A stretch of DNA of 64,000 nt, taken from the NCBI GenBank assembly GCA_965153285.1, contig OZ229113.1; one strand, 5' to 3'. The notes under the pieces were generated by a model. That model was not told the DNA's origin and did no database searches. It saw nothing but the letters and a program-made list of their open reading frames with translations. Below are positions 29,333 to 44,500 of this stretch, piece by piece; position 1 is the stretch's first letter, and every line of letters starts with the position of its first letter. The position numbers and the translations under genes are program-made. Source of the DNA: Podarcis tiliguerta (taxonomy: Eukaryota).

Positions 29333-29740
29333 GGCGGCGGCGGCGAAGTCGCAAGCAAGCAGGCAGCCCGGCCCAAGGCAGCTGGTCCCGGGCAACAGAC
29401 GTGGGGAAAGGAGGGGCGGCGCTTCCGGGCTCGATGGCGGAGAGGCCGCCCCCGGAGACCGGAGTCTCCTCCCCTCTCGCGCCTCCCTCGCTTATTCTTG
29501 CTCTTCCGCCGAAGCACGCCTCTTTCATAACCGCTTTCGGAGCCTTCCGAGGGAGCTCGAGACGCGACTCGTGGGGGTTGAGTTCAGCCCCGTTTGCCTT
29601 CTAGGTCCCAACCACTTTCATGAGCCTAAATACGGTGCAATTCTTCCCCCCGGTTCTTCCACTTTCCTCTGTTCTTCCCGCGTGTCGGTATTATTAGACT
29701 GCAAGCTTCTTCGAGAATATGCAGTCGCCTGATTTACGTA
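29070..29740 (-). promoter_or_regulatory. LTN1 CpG-island promoter and exon 1
   Basis: High GC and CpG density around the start codon. ETS-type CTTCCGG at 29422. Confidence 0.75.
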
Positions 29741-30839
29741 TAAGCTTAAATAAGCCATAGCTTAGGGCCCCCCAAAAAATTAAAGGGAAAAAAACCTGGA
29801 TGTACATTTCCAAAATATAAGATAAAAAACAAAATTAAACCTACATACACCAACAGTGGTAAATGGTTTTGGATAGCTATTAGGTCCATAAATTACCATA
29901 TAGCATATATTCAACACAAAAAACAATGACAATTTGTTGTTGACAAAGGACAGCTGGACATATAAAGGGCCCCATTACCTTCATTAGCTTAGGGCCTCAT
30001 CAGACCTAAATCCAGCGCTGCCTGTACCTTTGGGCTCTGCAGCGGAATCAAGACTTTGGCGTTTATACTTTTTGGTCCGCAATCTGCTCGCCAAGAATAA
30101 TTGTGGTGTTGTTTTTGTTGTAAAAAAAGGTCATCTTCGCAGCCACAGGCAGCAGTTGTGTCATGTAGGTTCCTCCGATACCCCAACTCAGACCACAGAT
30201 GTCAATTTCTAGGGCCCAAGGATCCTTCGGTTCCTCACCCCACCCCACACGGATGGACATTGCCATTCAAACTGTGTGTGTCCTGTGTCTAGTGATCAAT
30301 TGTGAAGGGCAGGGTTTACCTCCCCGCCCAGCCCTCACATTTCATTCAAGTTGGCACCCCTGCCTCAGACACTTGATGGGAGGCTAATGTGTGCCCTGAT
30401 AAATAGGGCTTTTAAAAAACAAGTGATCTTAGTAGCATACATGGAATCTGACAGGAAGGTTTTTTTTCCAGTTTAGGATTAGGATAGTGTTCAAATTATG
30501 TACTGGAGAACTCGGGGGCTCATTGGGGGTAGTTCAGTGGAGGATCTGGAAGGTGGATCTTTTCCTGAAAGCCTGCTCATCACTAGTTATTTTCCCTGTA
30601 ACATGCCGCTATAGGATACTGGATGTTCAAAAGTTGTGTTATAGGTTCACACATGACAACAATGAGGCCTTAGACTCCTGACCTACAGATGTTCTACATA
30701 TAAGCATACACTCAGGAACTTCCAAGTTTCACAGAAGGTGGAAATATAAGGCATAAAGTCTGAAATACCTACTATAGGATTAGGGATAGCCATCATATAT
30801 TTGACACAAGCTTTTATATTTTACACCTCTTTCATATTC

Positions 30840-31085
30840 CCCTTACTCACTTTTTTCCTAACCGCCTGATCATTTTGGTTGCTCTTTTCTCCGCCTTTTC
30901 AGCTCCACAGTATCCTTTCTGAGATGTGGCAACTAGAACAGTACATAGTATGCCAACTGAGGTCACACAATAGATTTATATAAATGCATAATAATATTGG
31001 CAGTGTTATTTTCAATCCCTTTTCTAACGATCTCTAAAATGGAATTCACCTTTTTCATAGCTGCCACACATTGGGTTGACATGTG
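30840..31085 (-). mobile_element. CR1 LINE ORF2 fragment
   Basis: Minus translation AYYVLF*LPHLRKDTVELK..., a decayed [29 protein letters not shown]. Confidence 0.65.
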
Positions 31086-31801
31086 TTGGCACCAGAGTGA
31101 CAGCCACCTGTAAGAGGTGTAGCAAACCTGTCATAAAGGTTTTGCCTATCTATGAGTAACACAAGCACAACCTACCTACCTACACAATTTTGCTACCCCT
31201 AAAGTGGAAACATGATGATGTAGTCAACCTTGCAAGTGGGTTATGTGAAAAAATAGCTATCATATTTTGTGATGTGCAGACAAGAACAGATAGAAGTTCA
31301 TACTGTGCAGCAAAACTAACTGGTTAGTTTTATCAAAGCCTATTTATTTCAACGAGTTTCCTAATTCTGCAAAGGATTACGCTACGTAGGTATTTGAGAT
31401 TATGGGAATTATTTACATGAATAGATCAACTGCACTGCTTTTATTGTTTATCATTGGCATTAAAATGTTATTTTAAATTAAAATCAAACTTGTTTCGACA
31501 TTCATAATTTATCAGATGTAAATGAGTAAAGTTCTTAGTATTTATTTTTTTAAAAAAAAGTAAAAACATAGGACAAGATCCAACATTACACCAGTGGATG
31601 TGATTGGATTTTCTCCTGCCAACCCACTCCCCAAAATGCTCCAGAAGGTCCCACAACACATTTGGGATGAAAAGGGGAGGGGAGGAGGTACACGTCCTGT
31701 TGTCATAAACAGAAGCGGAACACCACAATTACATGTCACCCACAGAGGACTGCTAAAGTTTCATTTAAGTGTTCCATGTGATTTTTCCACCTCTTGATGA
31801 T

Positions 31802-35076
<3,275 letters not shown>

Positions 35077-36858
35077 TTTAGATAAGTTTATGTGATTCCT
35101 AAACAAGTTAGAGGGAAATAGTGTTAGTATTTGCAGCTTCTGGTGCTGTATATGGCTATATTTGATGGGACAAACACATGAAATCTTTAACTGGTTCCAG
35201 GATATTACCATTAATTTCTATGTCATTTTTCCACATTGAAGGAATTGAAACACAGATTCCCATCAACATCTTTTTTATTGGCAGCCCAATAATATGCACA
35301 TTTACTTCCAAATGACTGCATTGGATTGTAAATTTGCATCCCAATCCTATGCATGTTCACTGTGATGAGTGTGGTTTACAGTGCATTCCTACACACAACC
35401 CAATACTGAAGTTTAAGATAGCAAGTAGTAGTTTCCTCAGGTGGGGGGGGTGCAACAAAGACCCAAGTTTCAAGTGAAAAGCTACTGCCAGTAGTTACCC
35501 TACTGCCTGTGGGAGGAGGCATCTTTGGATAAACTAGATTCAAAACCTTGTGGACTATGCCTCAATTATACCAGCCAGGAGCTAGAATAGCAAAACTCAT
35601 ACAGAAAAATACCACACACACTCATATTTTGACATGCCAGTTCCAAGCCCACAGGATTTGGGATGCAAGGGGCAATCAGCTACTTTTCTGATCTCTAACC
35701 AGGATGAGGATCACTCTGATAGTCCCAGATAAACTTGCATATGACTGCAGCCTTACATTGCTATCCTGTATATGCATATTCAGCAACGTCATATGGAGTT
35801 ATATGAGATTTACTCCCAAGTAAGTGGATACAGGGCTACAGCCTTAGGTTCACGGATTATGGATCACTGATGAGTGTATCTTGTAGGTTATATGAGTTTC
35901 CAAAGAACAGTTAACAAAGATTTGAGGTATACATTGAAAAAATTTAGATCAGCGCCTGAAAAAGATTGCATAAGCATGGACCACGTGGCACATTCTTATG
36001 CATGTTTACTCAGCAGTATCTACCACATAGCCAGAGCCTTCATATGTGGATTGCAGCCCCGGATGTTGAAACACTCAACCCTACATTTTTTCATATTTCC
36101 AACTATCCAGGTCATCCTAAATTCGGCACTTTCGTTTCTGTGTAAGCAGACAGTCATCGGGGCATTTCTTTCTTTCTGATTAAGGGTTGATATTCCATGT
36201 TAGTGATAGGATAGAACCACTGCAATCAATTGATTTATTGTTACTAGGACTCCAATGACCCTGTTTCCATATTGTTAGATACAAATACTGTACACGGAAA
36301 TATAAATCGAGCTCCACCCGATCCCAAATTAAAACATCTTGACTGCTTGCCTTTGCTGCTACCTTGTGATGGGGGGGGGGGGAGAGCACGCTGGCCAAAA
36401 CCACACTAAAAACCTGGATTTCTCAGCAAAGTTCCCGCCTACGAACACCCTTCCCTTCTGCCCTGGAAAGTTCACAGCGAACCCGGAAGCTGGACTCGGT
36501 GTGGCTTGTTTATCCTTCGCTTCACTTTAGATCTGGACCACAGACTTCCTCCCAGGGAGTCCCTTCCCGGCAGCCAACGCACCGGAAGTTCCTGCTCAGC
36601 AAAGCGGCCCTTCTACGGTAAGAAATCTATGCTCGGCGAACCGTCAACTGCTCCCCCCCCCTTTTTTTTTGTGCCGCTCTACAGGACTGTTAATATCCGC
36701 CGCAAATATCCACCTCAGACGCAGAGATAGGTCGCGAACCGTTTAAATCCGGGACATTTCTTTCCGGCTAAGGAGCGCGGGCGACACCTCGGGACTCCTT
36801 TGCCCCATGCTGCGCAGTTGCTCGCTCTCCCCCCCCCCCCGCCCCACTTTGCCCTCAC

Positions 36859-36900
36859 CGGCCGCTTCATTTACTTTCGTCTTCTTCTCCGTGACGCAGC
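36859..36900 (-). other. RWDD2B: Probable first (5'UTR) exon of RWDD2B; 5' end approximate
   Basis: Donor CCG|GTGAGG at 36858, just downstream of a minus-strand CCAAT box in the CpG island. Matching acceptor tttag|G at 35098. Confidence 0.55.
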
Positions 36901-37079
36901 GCAGGACCGTTTTCCTATTGGCTCTAGCTTTTGTCAGTAAGGGCAGACTAGGCGGGGTTAAGGTGACGTGACCAATCAAAGCTGGGGACTGCCTCCCACC
37001 CGGCAAGTTGCGGCGCGTTCTAGTAGAAATTGCAGCGAAGCTCGTTTTCTGAAGGGAGAGGAGAGCTGGGCCATTCGCG

Positions 37080-37233
37080 AGCTGCGTGTTTCTCCCTCGA
37101 CTCTCAGACGGTGACGCGCCGCAGAGGCTGCCACGGAGCAGTGGGGACTGTTGGTCTCTCCAGGCATGCGGGGTGCTGTCGCGGGGCTTTATTTGTATCT
37201 CCTTCACCAGACTTTTCGCTTAACGGCTTGCGG
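37080..37233 (+). other. USP16: Probable non-coding first exon of USP16; 5' end approximate
   Basis: Consensus donor CGG|GTGAGT at 37234 inside the CpG island. The ATG-containing exon has an acceptor cttttag|G at 41488. Confidence 0.6.
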
Positions 37234-37689
37234 GTGAGTAGTACCATCCCTCTTAAGCCCATGTAGTCGCAAAGGAGGCGGCGGCGGCGGCAGTGCCAGG
37301 TCTGCCTTGGCTTGGCTTTCTTGGAGAGGCAGAATATTTTGCCCTTCCAACCTGAGGCTGCCAACTTCTGAAGGGCTCTACTCCTGGGTATGAAGGGAGG
37401 GGAGGACAAGGTTTTGTGTGACTGCGCAGGAACACGAGCTGGGTCCAAGAAGTGCAGCACTCCGTGTCCGGTTAAGGAAAGTGGCCAATTCTCTTGCTGG
37501 CCTTTGGTCCTGCGCCTGTTAAAGGCAGCAGGACATGCAGAAGTTTCGCAGGGGGGCTATTTTCTTAAGATGGAAAGGCAGGCTTTGGGAAAGACAGGAT
37601 TTGGCCCCCGCAATAATTTGAGCGCGCTCCCTGCCATTAACGTGCGCTAAGGAAATGGCACTGGCCAAGCAAGTCACGGGGATAAAAAG

Positions 37690-37781
37690 TCGTTGTTGTT
37701 TAGTCGTGTCCGACTCTTCGTGCCCCATGGACCAGAGCAGCCAGGCACTCCTGTCTTCCACTGCCTTCTGCAGTTTGGTCA
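37690..37781 (-). mobile_element. RTE/Bov-B LINE 3' end
   Basis: Plus-strand GTTGTTGTTTAGTCGTGTCCGACTCTTCGTGCCCCATGGACCAGAGC is the reverse complement of the same tail. Confidence 0.75.
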
Positions 37782-37952
37782 AAAGAAGTTGTAGGGAAAC
37801 GTTTTCACCGGTTTTAAGGTCTGCATGCAGGGCAGGTTAGCTATTTACAGTACAGTATTCCCAACACTTGGTTTTATTTATGGTTTTTTATATTTCAAAT
37901 TGTCTTTTTAAATTGTCCAGTAGCACCTTATAGACCAACTAAGTTTGTTCTG

Positions 37953-37990
37953 GTATAAGCTTTCGTGTGCATGCACACTTCTTCAGATAC
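37953..37990 (-). ncRNA. Minimal type-I hammerhead ribozyme motif in the Penelope pseudo-LTR
   Basis: Minus strand GUAU-CUGAAGA-A-GUGUGCAUGCACAC-GAAA-GC-UU-AUAC: stem I GUAU/AUAC, both core boxes, palindromic stem II, AGCU mini stem III. Confidence 0.7.
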
Positions 37991-38019
37991 ACTGAAGCAG
38001 AAGTCACCAGACCCTTATA

Positions 38020-38201
38020 CAGTCATACCTCGGGTTACAGCCTTTTCAGGTTGCGGACCACCGAAACCCGATAGTACTGGAATGGGTTACTTCTGGGTTT
38101 CGGTGTTCGCAGAAGCGCCGAATTGCAACCCGTGCATGCGCAGACGCAGGTTGCGAACATGCATCCCACACAGATCACGTTCGCAACCCGAGCATGCACT
38201 G
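38020..38201. mobile_element. Tigger-like MITE nested in the Penelope remnant
   Basis: TA|CAGTCATACCTCGGGTTAC ... GCAACCCGAGCATGCACTG|TA, interrupting the Penelope 3' region. Confidence 0.75.
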
Positions 38202-38874
38202 TATATAGTGGGACGGTGGGGTGGGGTATTTCTCAGTAGGGTAGTAGGGGATGGGTGATTGGTTCAATGGGTATGGTAAACATGTTGATGACTGCAGTTA
38301 GTCCTACAGGAAAAAGCAAGGGATAGTATGCAGATGACCAAAAATAACTTTAGCATGTGTAATGAGACAAAAATCCAATATCTCTATTCAGACCAGGTCT
38401 CTCCGTAGTTTTCAGTTTGGTAATAAGTTGTAATTCAGCAACTTCTCTTTCAAGTCTATTTCTGAAATTCTTTTATAATAAGACAGCTGCTTTGAAATCT
38501 TGTATTGGATGTCCTGGGAGATTGAAGTGGTGTCCTACTGGTTTCTCTGTCTTGTGATTCCAGATGTCAGTTTTTTGTTCATTTATCCTTTGGCATTGGG
38601 TTTGGCCTGTTTGTCCAATATAGAGAGTTGAAGGGTACTGCTTCTAACATTTTGTATGTCATAAAATGCTAGCAGTAACACACTTGTGAAGAAACAGGTG
38701 TTTTCCTCCCCTCACAGCAGCCCAGTTGCTAATAATTCAGTGGATGCAAGGGAATGAGGATGTGTCCCAAACTGCTCAATAGCCATGCTTGTGTGAGCAT
38801 TTACTTGTCTTATGTCATAGGAAAGGGCCTTAAATTTAAAACTTTATGCCCTGAATTGTGTTTAACTCCTGTCA

Positions 38875-38996
38875 GAACACGAGACTCTTAATCTCAGGGT
38901 CGTGGTTTCAAGCCCCATGTTGGGTTAAAAGATTCCTGCATTGCAGGGGGTTGGACTAGATTACCCTTTGGATCCCTTCCAACTCCAGAATTCTGG
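38875..38996 (+). mobile_element. tRNA-head SINE with CR1-like tail, same family as 19172-19310
   Basis: GAGACTCTTAATCTCAGGGTCGTGG...CCTGCATTGCAGGGGGTTGGACTAGA...CCCTTCCAACTC. Further fragments at 58391-58461 (+) and about 32612-32710 (-). Confidence 0.7.
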
Positions 38997-39332
38997 GAAA
39001 CTAATTGAGTTAAAAGTGAGAAAGAAGCAGAAATATGGACTTGTAATATGGACTTACATCAATGTAAAAGACTGCTCTTCCCTTTTCCAGGGGTGCTGTT
39101 TCCACCCCAGAGATTGTGGTGAATAATAGTGCAGAAAGTTGAGCAAAGTACTCCAGGGGCTCGGCCTACACTGAATTTGTTTTTGTAGGGAGGAGAAGCC
39201 AGAGTAGGTAGACTATTTTGAAAACATATGTAAAGATGTCACAGTAGTCATTCTTGAGTAATCCCTACAGCAGTACAGTTATACTGTATTTGCAGAAAGT
39301 CTATTTATTTGTCAGCATGTATCCCCACTGTG

Positions 39333-39695
39333 AGGGACGCGGGTAGCGCTGTGGGTTAAAGCCTCAGCGCCTAGGGCTTACCGATCGAAAGGTTGGCGGT
39401 TCGAATCCCCGTGGCGGGGTGCGCTCCCGTTGTTCGGTCCCAGCGCCTGCCAACCTAGCAGTTCGAAAGCACTCCCGGGTGCAAGTAGATAAATAGGGAC
39501 CGCTTACTAGCGGGAAGGTAAACGGCGTTTCCGTGTGTGGCTCTGGCTCGCCAGAGCAGCGATGTCACGCTGGCCACGTGACCCGGAAGTGTCTCCGGAC
39601 AGCGCTGGCCCCCCGCCTCTTGAGTGAGATGGGCGCACAACCCTAGAGTCTGTCAAGACTGACCTGTACAGGCAGGGGTACCTTTACCTTTTTTC
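39333..39695 (+). mobile_element. Sauria SINE, full length, in USP16 intron 1
   Basis: GGGACGCGGGTAGCGCTGTGGGTTAAA head, B box GGTTCGAATCC, (ACCTTT)n tail. 12-bp TSD ATCCCCACTGTG at 39321-39332 and 39696-39707. Confidence 0.9.
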
Positions 39696-40226
39696 ATCCC
39701 CACTGTGCAGGCAGTCTATGGGGATTGGAATATGAACAGCCCTAAACTGTTCATAGTTAACACACACAAAAATGCATTTACCTTTCTGATTACTGTTGTG
39801 TTAAAAAATAATAATCAAAAACCAAGATTAGGATCTGAAAGCTGCTATAGGCATGGCCAGCGGATCTTTGTTGTTCAGATTATTTTTTAAAATAGTCAAA
39901 AGTTTGCTCTGTGTCCTGGCTATTCCATATTGGACACATGAAGCTAAGTCACATGTTTCTCAGGATAATTTCCAAAATAGAATGTAAGTTCTATATAATC
40001 AGGCTAACCTGTCATTTGCCAAGGGAAGCAGCAACAATAGGAGCAAAATATGTACAAGCATATAGAATATGTGGTAGAGGTAACAACAAATCAAGACCAC
40101 CAAAACCTGTACTACTGAAGTTTGTGCTGGCAAATAAACATGTTCCCTAATATTTTCTGTTGCAGAACGTTACCTGTTTCTGAGTGTTCCCAATACAACA
40201 GAGAGTACATTTTAAAGTATCTAAAT

Positions 40227-40429
40227 CAGAGCTTTCCAAACAGTGTGTCACGACACGTTAATGTGTCGGCTGCAGTGTATAGGTGTGTCGCATGAACACT
40301 CCCTGAGCTCCTCCTGGGGTCAAAGCGTTAGTTTAAGCTCTGGTTTGCTAGTAAAACTGAGTTTCTGTGACGAGAAATGATGCATGTCCCAAAAGTGTGT
40401 CACCAACTTGAAAAGTTTGGAAAGCTCTG
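40227..40429. mobile_element. hAT-type MITE
   Basis: Perfect 15-bp TIR CAGAGCTTTCCAAAC and perfect 8-bp TSD ATCTAAAT (40219-40226, 40430-40437). Confidence 0.88.
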
Positions 40430-40584
40430 ATCTAAATCCACACCCTTATATTGTAGCATTTTGTAGTTTAGTATGTGATATCCCATCAGACTAGCTTAAC
40501 CTGCTGTACTAGAACATGACACTTCACTTCATATTTAGTCTCTGAAATATTATCTGTCGCACTTGTATGCATGTCAGTAATTTT

Positions 40585-40765
40585 ATTTATTACATTTATA
40601 TCCTACTTTTCCCCAAAGAAGCTCAAGGCAGTACACAGGGTGCTCTCCCATTTTATCCTCTCAACAACACTATTGTGACAAAGAAAAAATGACTTGCCTG
40701 TGACCACCCAGAGAGCTTTAGGGTTAAGCATGGATTTGAATTCAGTATCTTTGCGGTCAAAAGTC
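40585..40765 (-). mobile_element. MIR-like / CORE SINE remnant
   Basis: CCATTTTATCCTCTCAACAACAC...GACTTGCCTGTGACCACCCAG...GGATTTGAA. Similar remnants near 42510-42600 and 18061-18130. Confidence 0.5.
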
Positions 40766-41529
40766 CAATGTTATATAATAGACTGCATGAGCACTCTCAT
40801 TGAGTTGCAGCCTTCCTGTACACAATGGCACATTTAAGGGATCAAAACTTGGCTTGATAAGCCAAGATACAAATAACCTTCTGGTAACAGCTTTGTTTCT
40901 TCACAGGACAAGTAACCTACAGTTAACCATAGCTTCCAGTTATGTCCAGATTTGAAACTGGTTAGCAGCTTCTAAACAAGTCAGGATATGGAAGCCGATG
41001 TCAAAAAATGGCATGCAATCAAGCAAAAAAATAATAGTTTCCCGGTTCAAGTGTAATGAGAAGCTATGATTAAGTGAAGTTTCCTGAAGTGGGGGGAGCA
41101 GTGTGGCTACATGCAAGTGCCTGAAGCTCATGCATATCTCAGCTTCTCAAGCTGATATTTGGTTATCTGAATATGCCCAATATATTCCTAAAATGTATTC
41201 TGCTGTTAAATTTGTATACAGTACTTTGTGCAAACATTTCAGCTGGATTTTGGGCTTGCTTGGTTGCAGTTTTGCCACTTTCAGCCTCAATTTCCAGGAC
41301 TGATATACAAGAAAGGAAAATATAACTGGTGACACAAACTCTACCCCACTTGCTCCATGGCACATCATTATGTTCAGAGTTACCATCACCTTGAGGAATT
41401 GGGTCTTGAATGTCTTCTAGTGTAGTTGCTTTTAGTTTTTTAGGTCTCCTTCAAAATTGAGAATGATAATATTTCTTTCTCTTTTAGGCCATAAATGTTT
41501 GATGTGAAATAAAACCTTGGAGCAGCAGC

Positions 41530-44500
41530 ATGGGAAAAAGACGAACAAAGGGGAAAAACATGCCACCAGATGACTCACCGGATATAGCGGGTATGCTTTG
41601 TAATTGTAATTGTAATACTGTCAATCAGTTTCATAGCTCCGAGGAAGAAAGAGTTTATACTCTTATTTCCTTGGCAGAAGTTTATACTCTTATTTCCTTG
41701 GCAGAAGTGTAATATCTCAAAGGTGTTTGTCCGAGTGCAAATCAAATCATGTAGAGAACAACAGTATTTAAATTCATATTTAAGGGGCAATCTCATGATT
41801 TAATTTACAGAAGGCCTTGGACTTGCCAAAGGTTTGACTCCAGGGAAGGTTTGCCCTTCTCAGTGAAATTTATGGGTTAACATTTACGTTTGCCTGACTC
41901 CTGTTCACTTCATTGCCTAGTTTTATCTGAATTGGGACAAAACATCTGACAATTAGCTTGGAACCCTGATCATAGTCATGATGATTAAACAGCAGTGTAG
42001 CTTTATCCTCAGTATAAAATGGCATGATTACTTTTCTTCTCCTGCCTGAACCTCCCTGTGTAAAAACAGGTTTTCTGTGCTTGTGACCCCATTATTTCCG
42101 ATTCTTAAATAAATAATATCCATTTGTTCAGCTATTAAATCTCTTTTGATGGATATATGACAAAAATAGGACATTGGAATGAGGCTTGGGAAAGGACAGA
42201 GCATTAAGACCATGTCAGAAAGAAGGCAGTGATACTGGGTTATATAAGATCATGCAGTTAAAGGAAGACACCTGATTCTTTTAAAGAAAAAATGTTTTAA
42301 GAACAAATAAAACAGGTCTTGCTCAAAGAGCTCTAGAGCTTTCATTTTGTACAAAGTTCACAAGCTCTGCTTAGTAGAGCAGCACCAGCAACTATTACTT
42401 CTTCTCACAGTTCTTTGGCTATATGTCTTAGGTTTTTGTTCATTAATCACACCAGTGTCTTACTGTGCACCCAGGAAGCTACTGTGGCAGATGTAGAATT
42501 GTATCGTTTTTGTTCTCACAACAACTCTGTGAGGTAGGTTAAGTTGCAGGACAATAATTTGCCCAAAGCCACCTGGAGAGTTGCACTGTACAGCAGAGAT
42601 TGGAGTATTTCTACCCCTACACCACATTCGTTCTAAATAATGTCCCTTTTAAATTTGCCTTGCCTTGTTGAAACTTCCCAATAGAACCTGTATGCAAGCA
42701 CCTTCGCAAAGGATTGGAACAAGGTGGCCTGAAAAAGGTGTTGCAGAATGTGGACTGGAGCTCCTGCCAGGATTGCCGAACATCAGACAGTGAGACCCGT
42801 GAGAAATCTGAAGAGAAAGCAGAAGACGGACCTTCAATATGGTTATGCCTGAAATGTGGCCACACGGTATTTCTTTCCCTATAATATGCATACCAAGGGA
42901 GGGAAATGTATAACTGCTTTGTTTCATTAGCACTGAACAGTACTCCTTATAGTGGAACTATTCCTTATTGCAACTATTTGAAGGTTTCACTTTAAAAAGT
43001 TTAATTCAATAACTGTTGACTTGCAACCTTTATTGTATTTGCAACTGTTGCTATTCCAGGGCTGTGGCAGAAATTCTCAAGAAAAACATGCCATAAAGCA
43101 TTATGAAACACCAAGATCAGAACCTCATTGTTTGGTTCTCAGTTTGGACAACTGGAGTGTGTGGTGAGTTTGTCAATATTCCAGTTAGAAGAATACATTC
43201 CCCCCCCCCTAAAAGTTATTGGAATAATTATGTAACCTTTTGTGCAGTGTACCTGACTTATTTTATTTACCATTTCTGTCATGCTTTGGCTGTATACTTA
43301 GTTTTCTCTCTTCCTCCTGTATGAGGGATTCCTCTTACACCATCTTCCTATAGAAACCATTATGGAGCTCTTATTCTGAATATGTGCCAGCACACATGGC
43401 ATGCAACATATAACAAAAAAGGGAATCGCTACCTAAATTTTTGTGTTGTCATACTAATTAAGTGCCTTGTAATTCATCCCAGACTAGAAACATTCTTTCA
43501 TATTTTCAGTGGCAGTAACATGGTTTATCATAAATGCTTTCTATTTTCTTGAGAGGCTCACCGCTATAGTGATTCTGCACCCCTTCCCCATCTTGTCATA
43601 GCGCTTATGTTGTAAATTGTTTATAAATATCTCTGGCGCACACACAAAAGCTTATACATCAGAAATTAGGGATTAAATAATACATAACTGGTAGCAATAA
43701 TAAAGTACCAAGATTGTGTTAATCTTGTATTGATTTATTAGGAAATAAGAACTCTGCGGCTCTGTGAGACTTCTAAGTGAACTTACTAGAATTTGCTTCT
43801 AATATAGATTTAATTCCTTGATTTATACAATATACCAAGTTTAGTCTTAAAATTGCTGTATTTCTCTACTGTGCAAAATTTTTGGTCATAGACAACAGCT
43901 GCTGAGAACTTAGTAGCTGGACATTTTGTAGTAAAGAACTGCAAAATTCTAGCTGATTATATATATTTATATATATATATTTTAAAGGCTCTGATAACCG
44001 CTTTCATATCATATGTGAATACAACTTTATTTGAAATGTATCTACATCATGATATGCACTTTATTTTGAAGCCAGCTGCACTGGGCTTATGGGTGTTTTT
44101 TTTATTAATCTTTTTTTCTACTTTTTGTGGACGCAGGTGCTATTTGTGTGACAACGACGTGCCATACAATAGTAATGGTCAATTGGGCCAGCTTGTGGAT
44201 TATGTTAGAAAACAAGCACATGTGAACATGCAGAATACAGGTAAGTTCTGACATCATTGGGACGTGGCTACTGATTTAGAAATTGATGGTTTTTTTGTTC
44301 ACTGTCACCTTCCAGACTAGAATGTACTAGAAACGCCAATTTACTTTTGTTATCTGCAGTAATGAATAGATCCTAGGAGGTCTAGCTTTTCTCTGAGTAG
44401 TATTAGTAATTGCTGCATCCTAACATCTCTCGGTTTGTTGTATTTTGAGAGACAAAATGAATTGTTTTTATTTCAGCATCAAAAGAAGAAGAAAACAAGC

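Larger units (their letters stand above)
36450..37320. promoter_or_regulatory. Bidirectional CpG-island promoter shared by RWDD2B and USP16
   Basis: CpG-rich. Divergent CCAAT boxes (ATTGG 36917-36921, CCAAT 36972-36976), GC box GGCGGGG at 36951, CRE-like TGACGTGA 36964-36971, ETS CCGGAAG near 36483 and 36582. Confidence 0.8.
37915..38642 (-). mobile_element. 5'-truncated Penelope-like retroelement (GIY-YIG endonuclease remnant plus 3' pseudo-LTR)
   Basis: 38350-38640 translates as QYPSTLYIGQTGQTQCQRINEQKTDIWNHKTEKPVGHHFNLPGH...VLL*KNFRNRLEREVAELQLITKLKTTERPGLNRD..., with the YIG, R, E and GLN hallmarks and one in-frame stop. Confidence 0.85.

Noticed and set aside
29130-29732. 200-aa plus-strand ORF and other ORFs overlapping LTN1 exon 1
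   Set aside because: Non-ATG start, stop-poor GC-rich CpG island, no recognisable domain. These are antisense shadows of the promoter.
36743-37460. 154-aa and 118-aa ORFs over the bidirectional promoter
   Set aside because: GC-island artefacts with no protein-like features.
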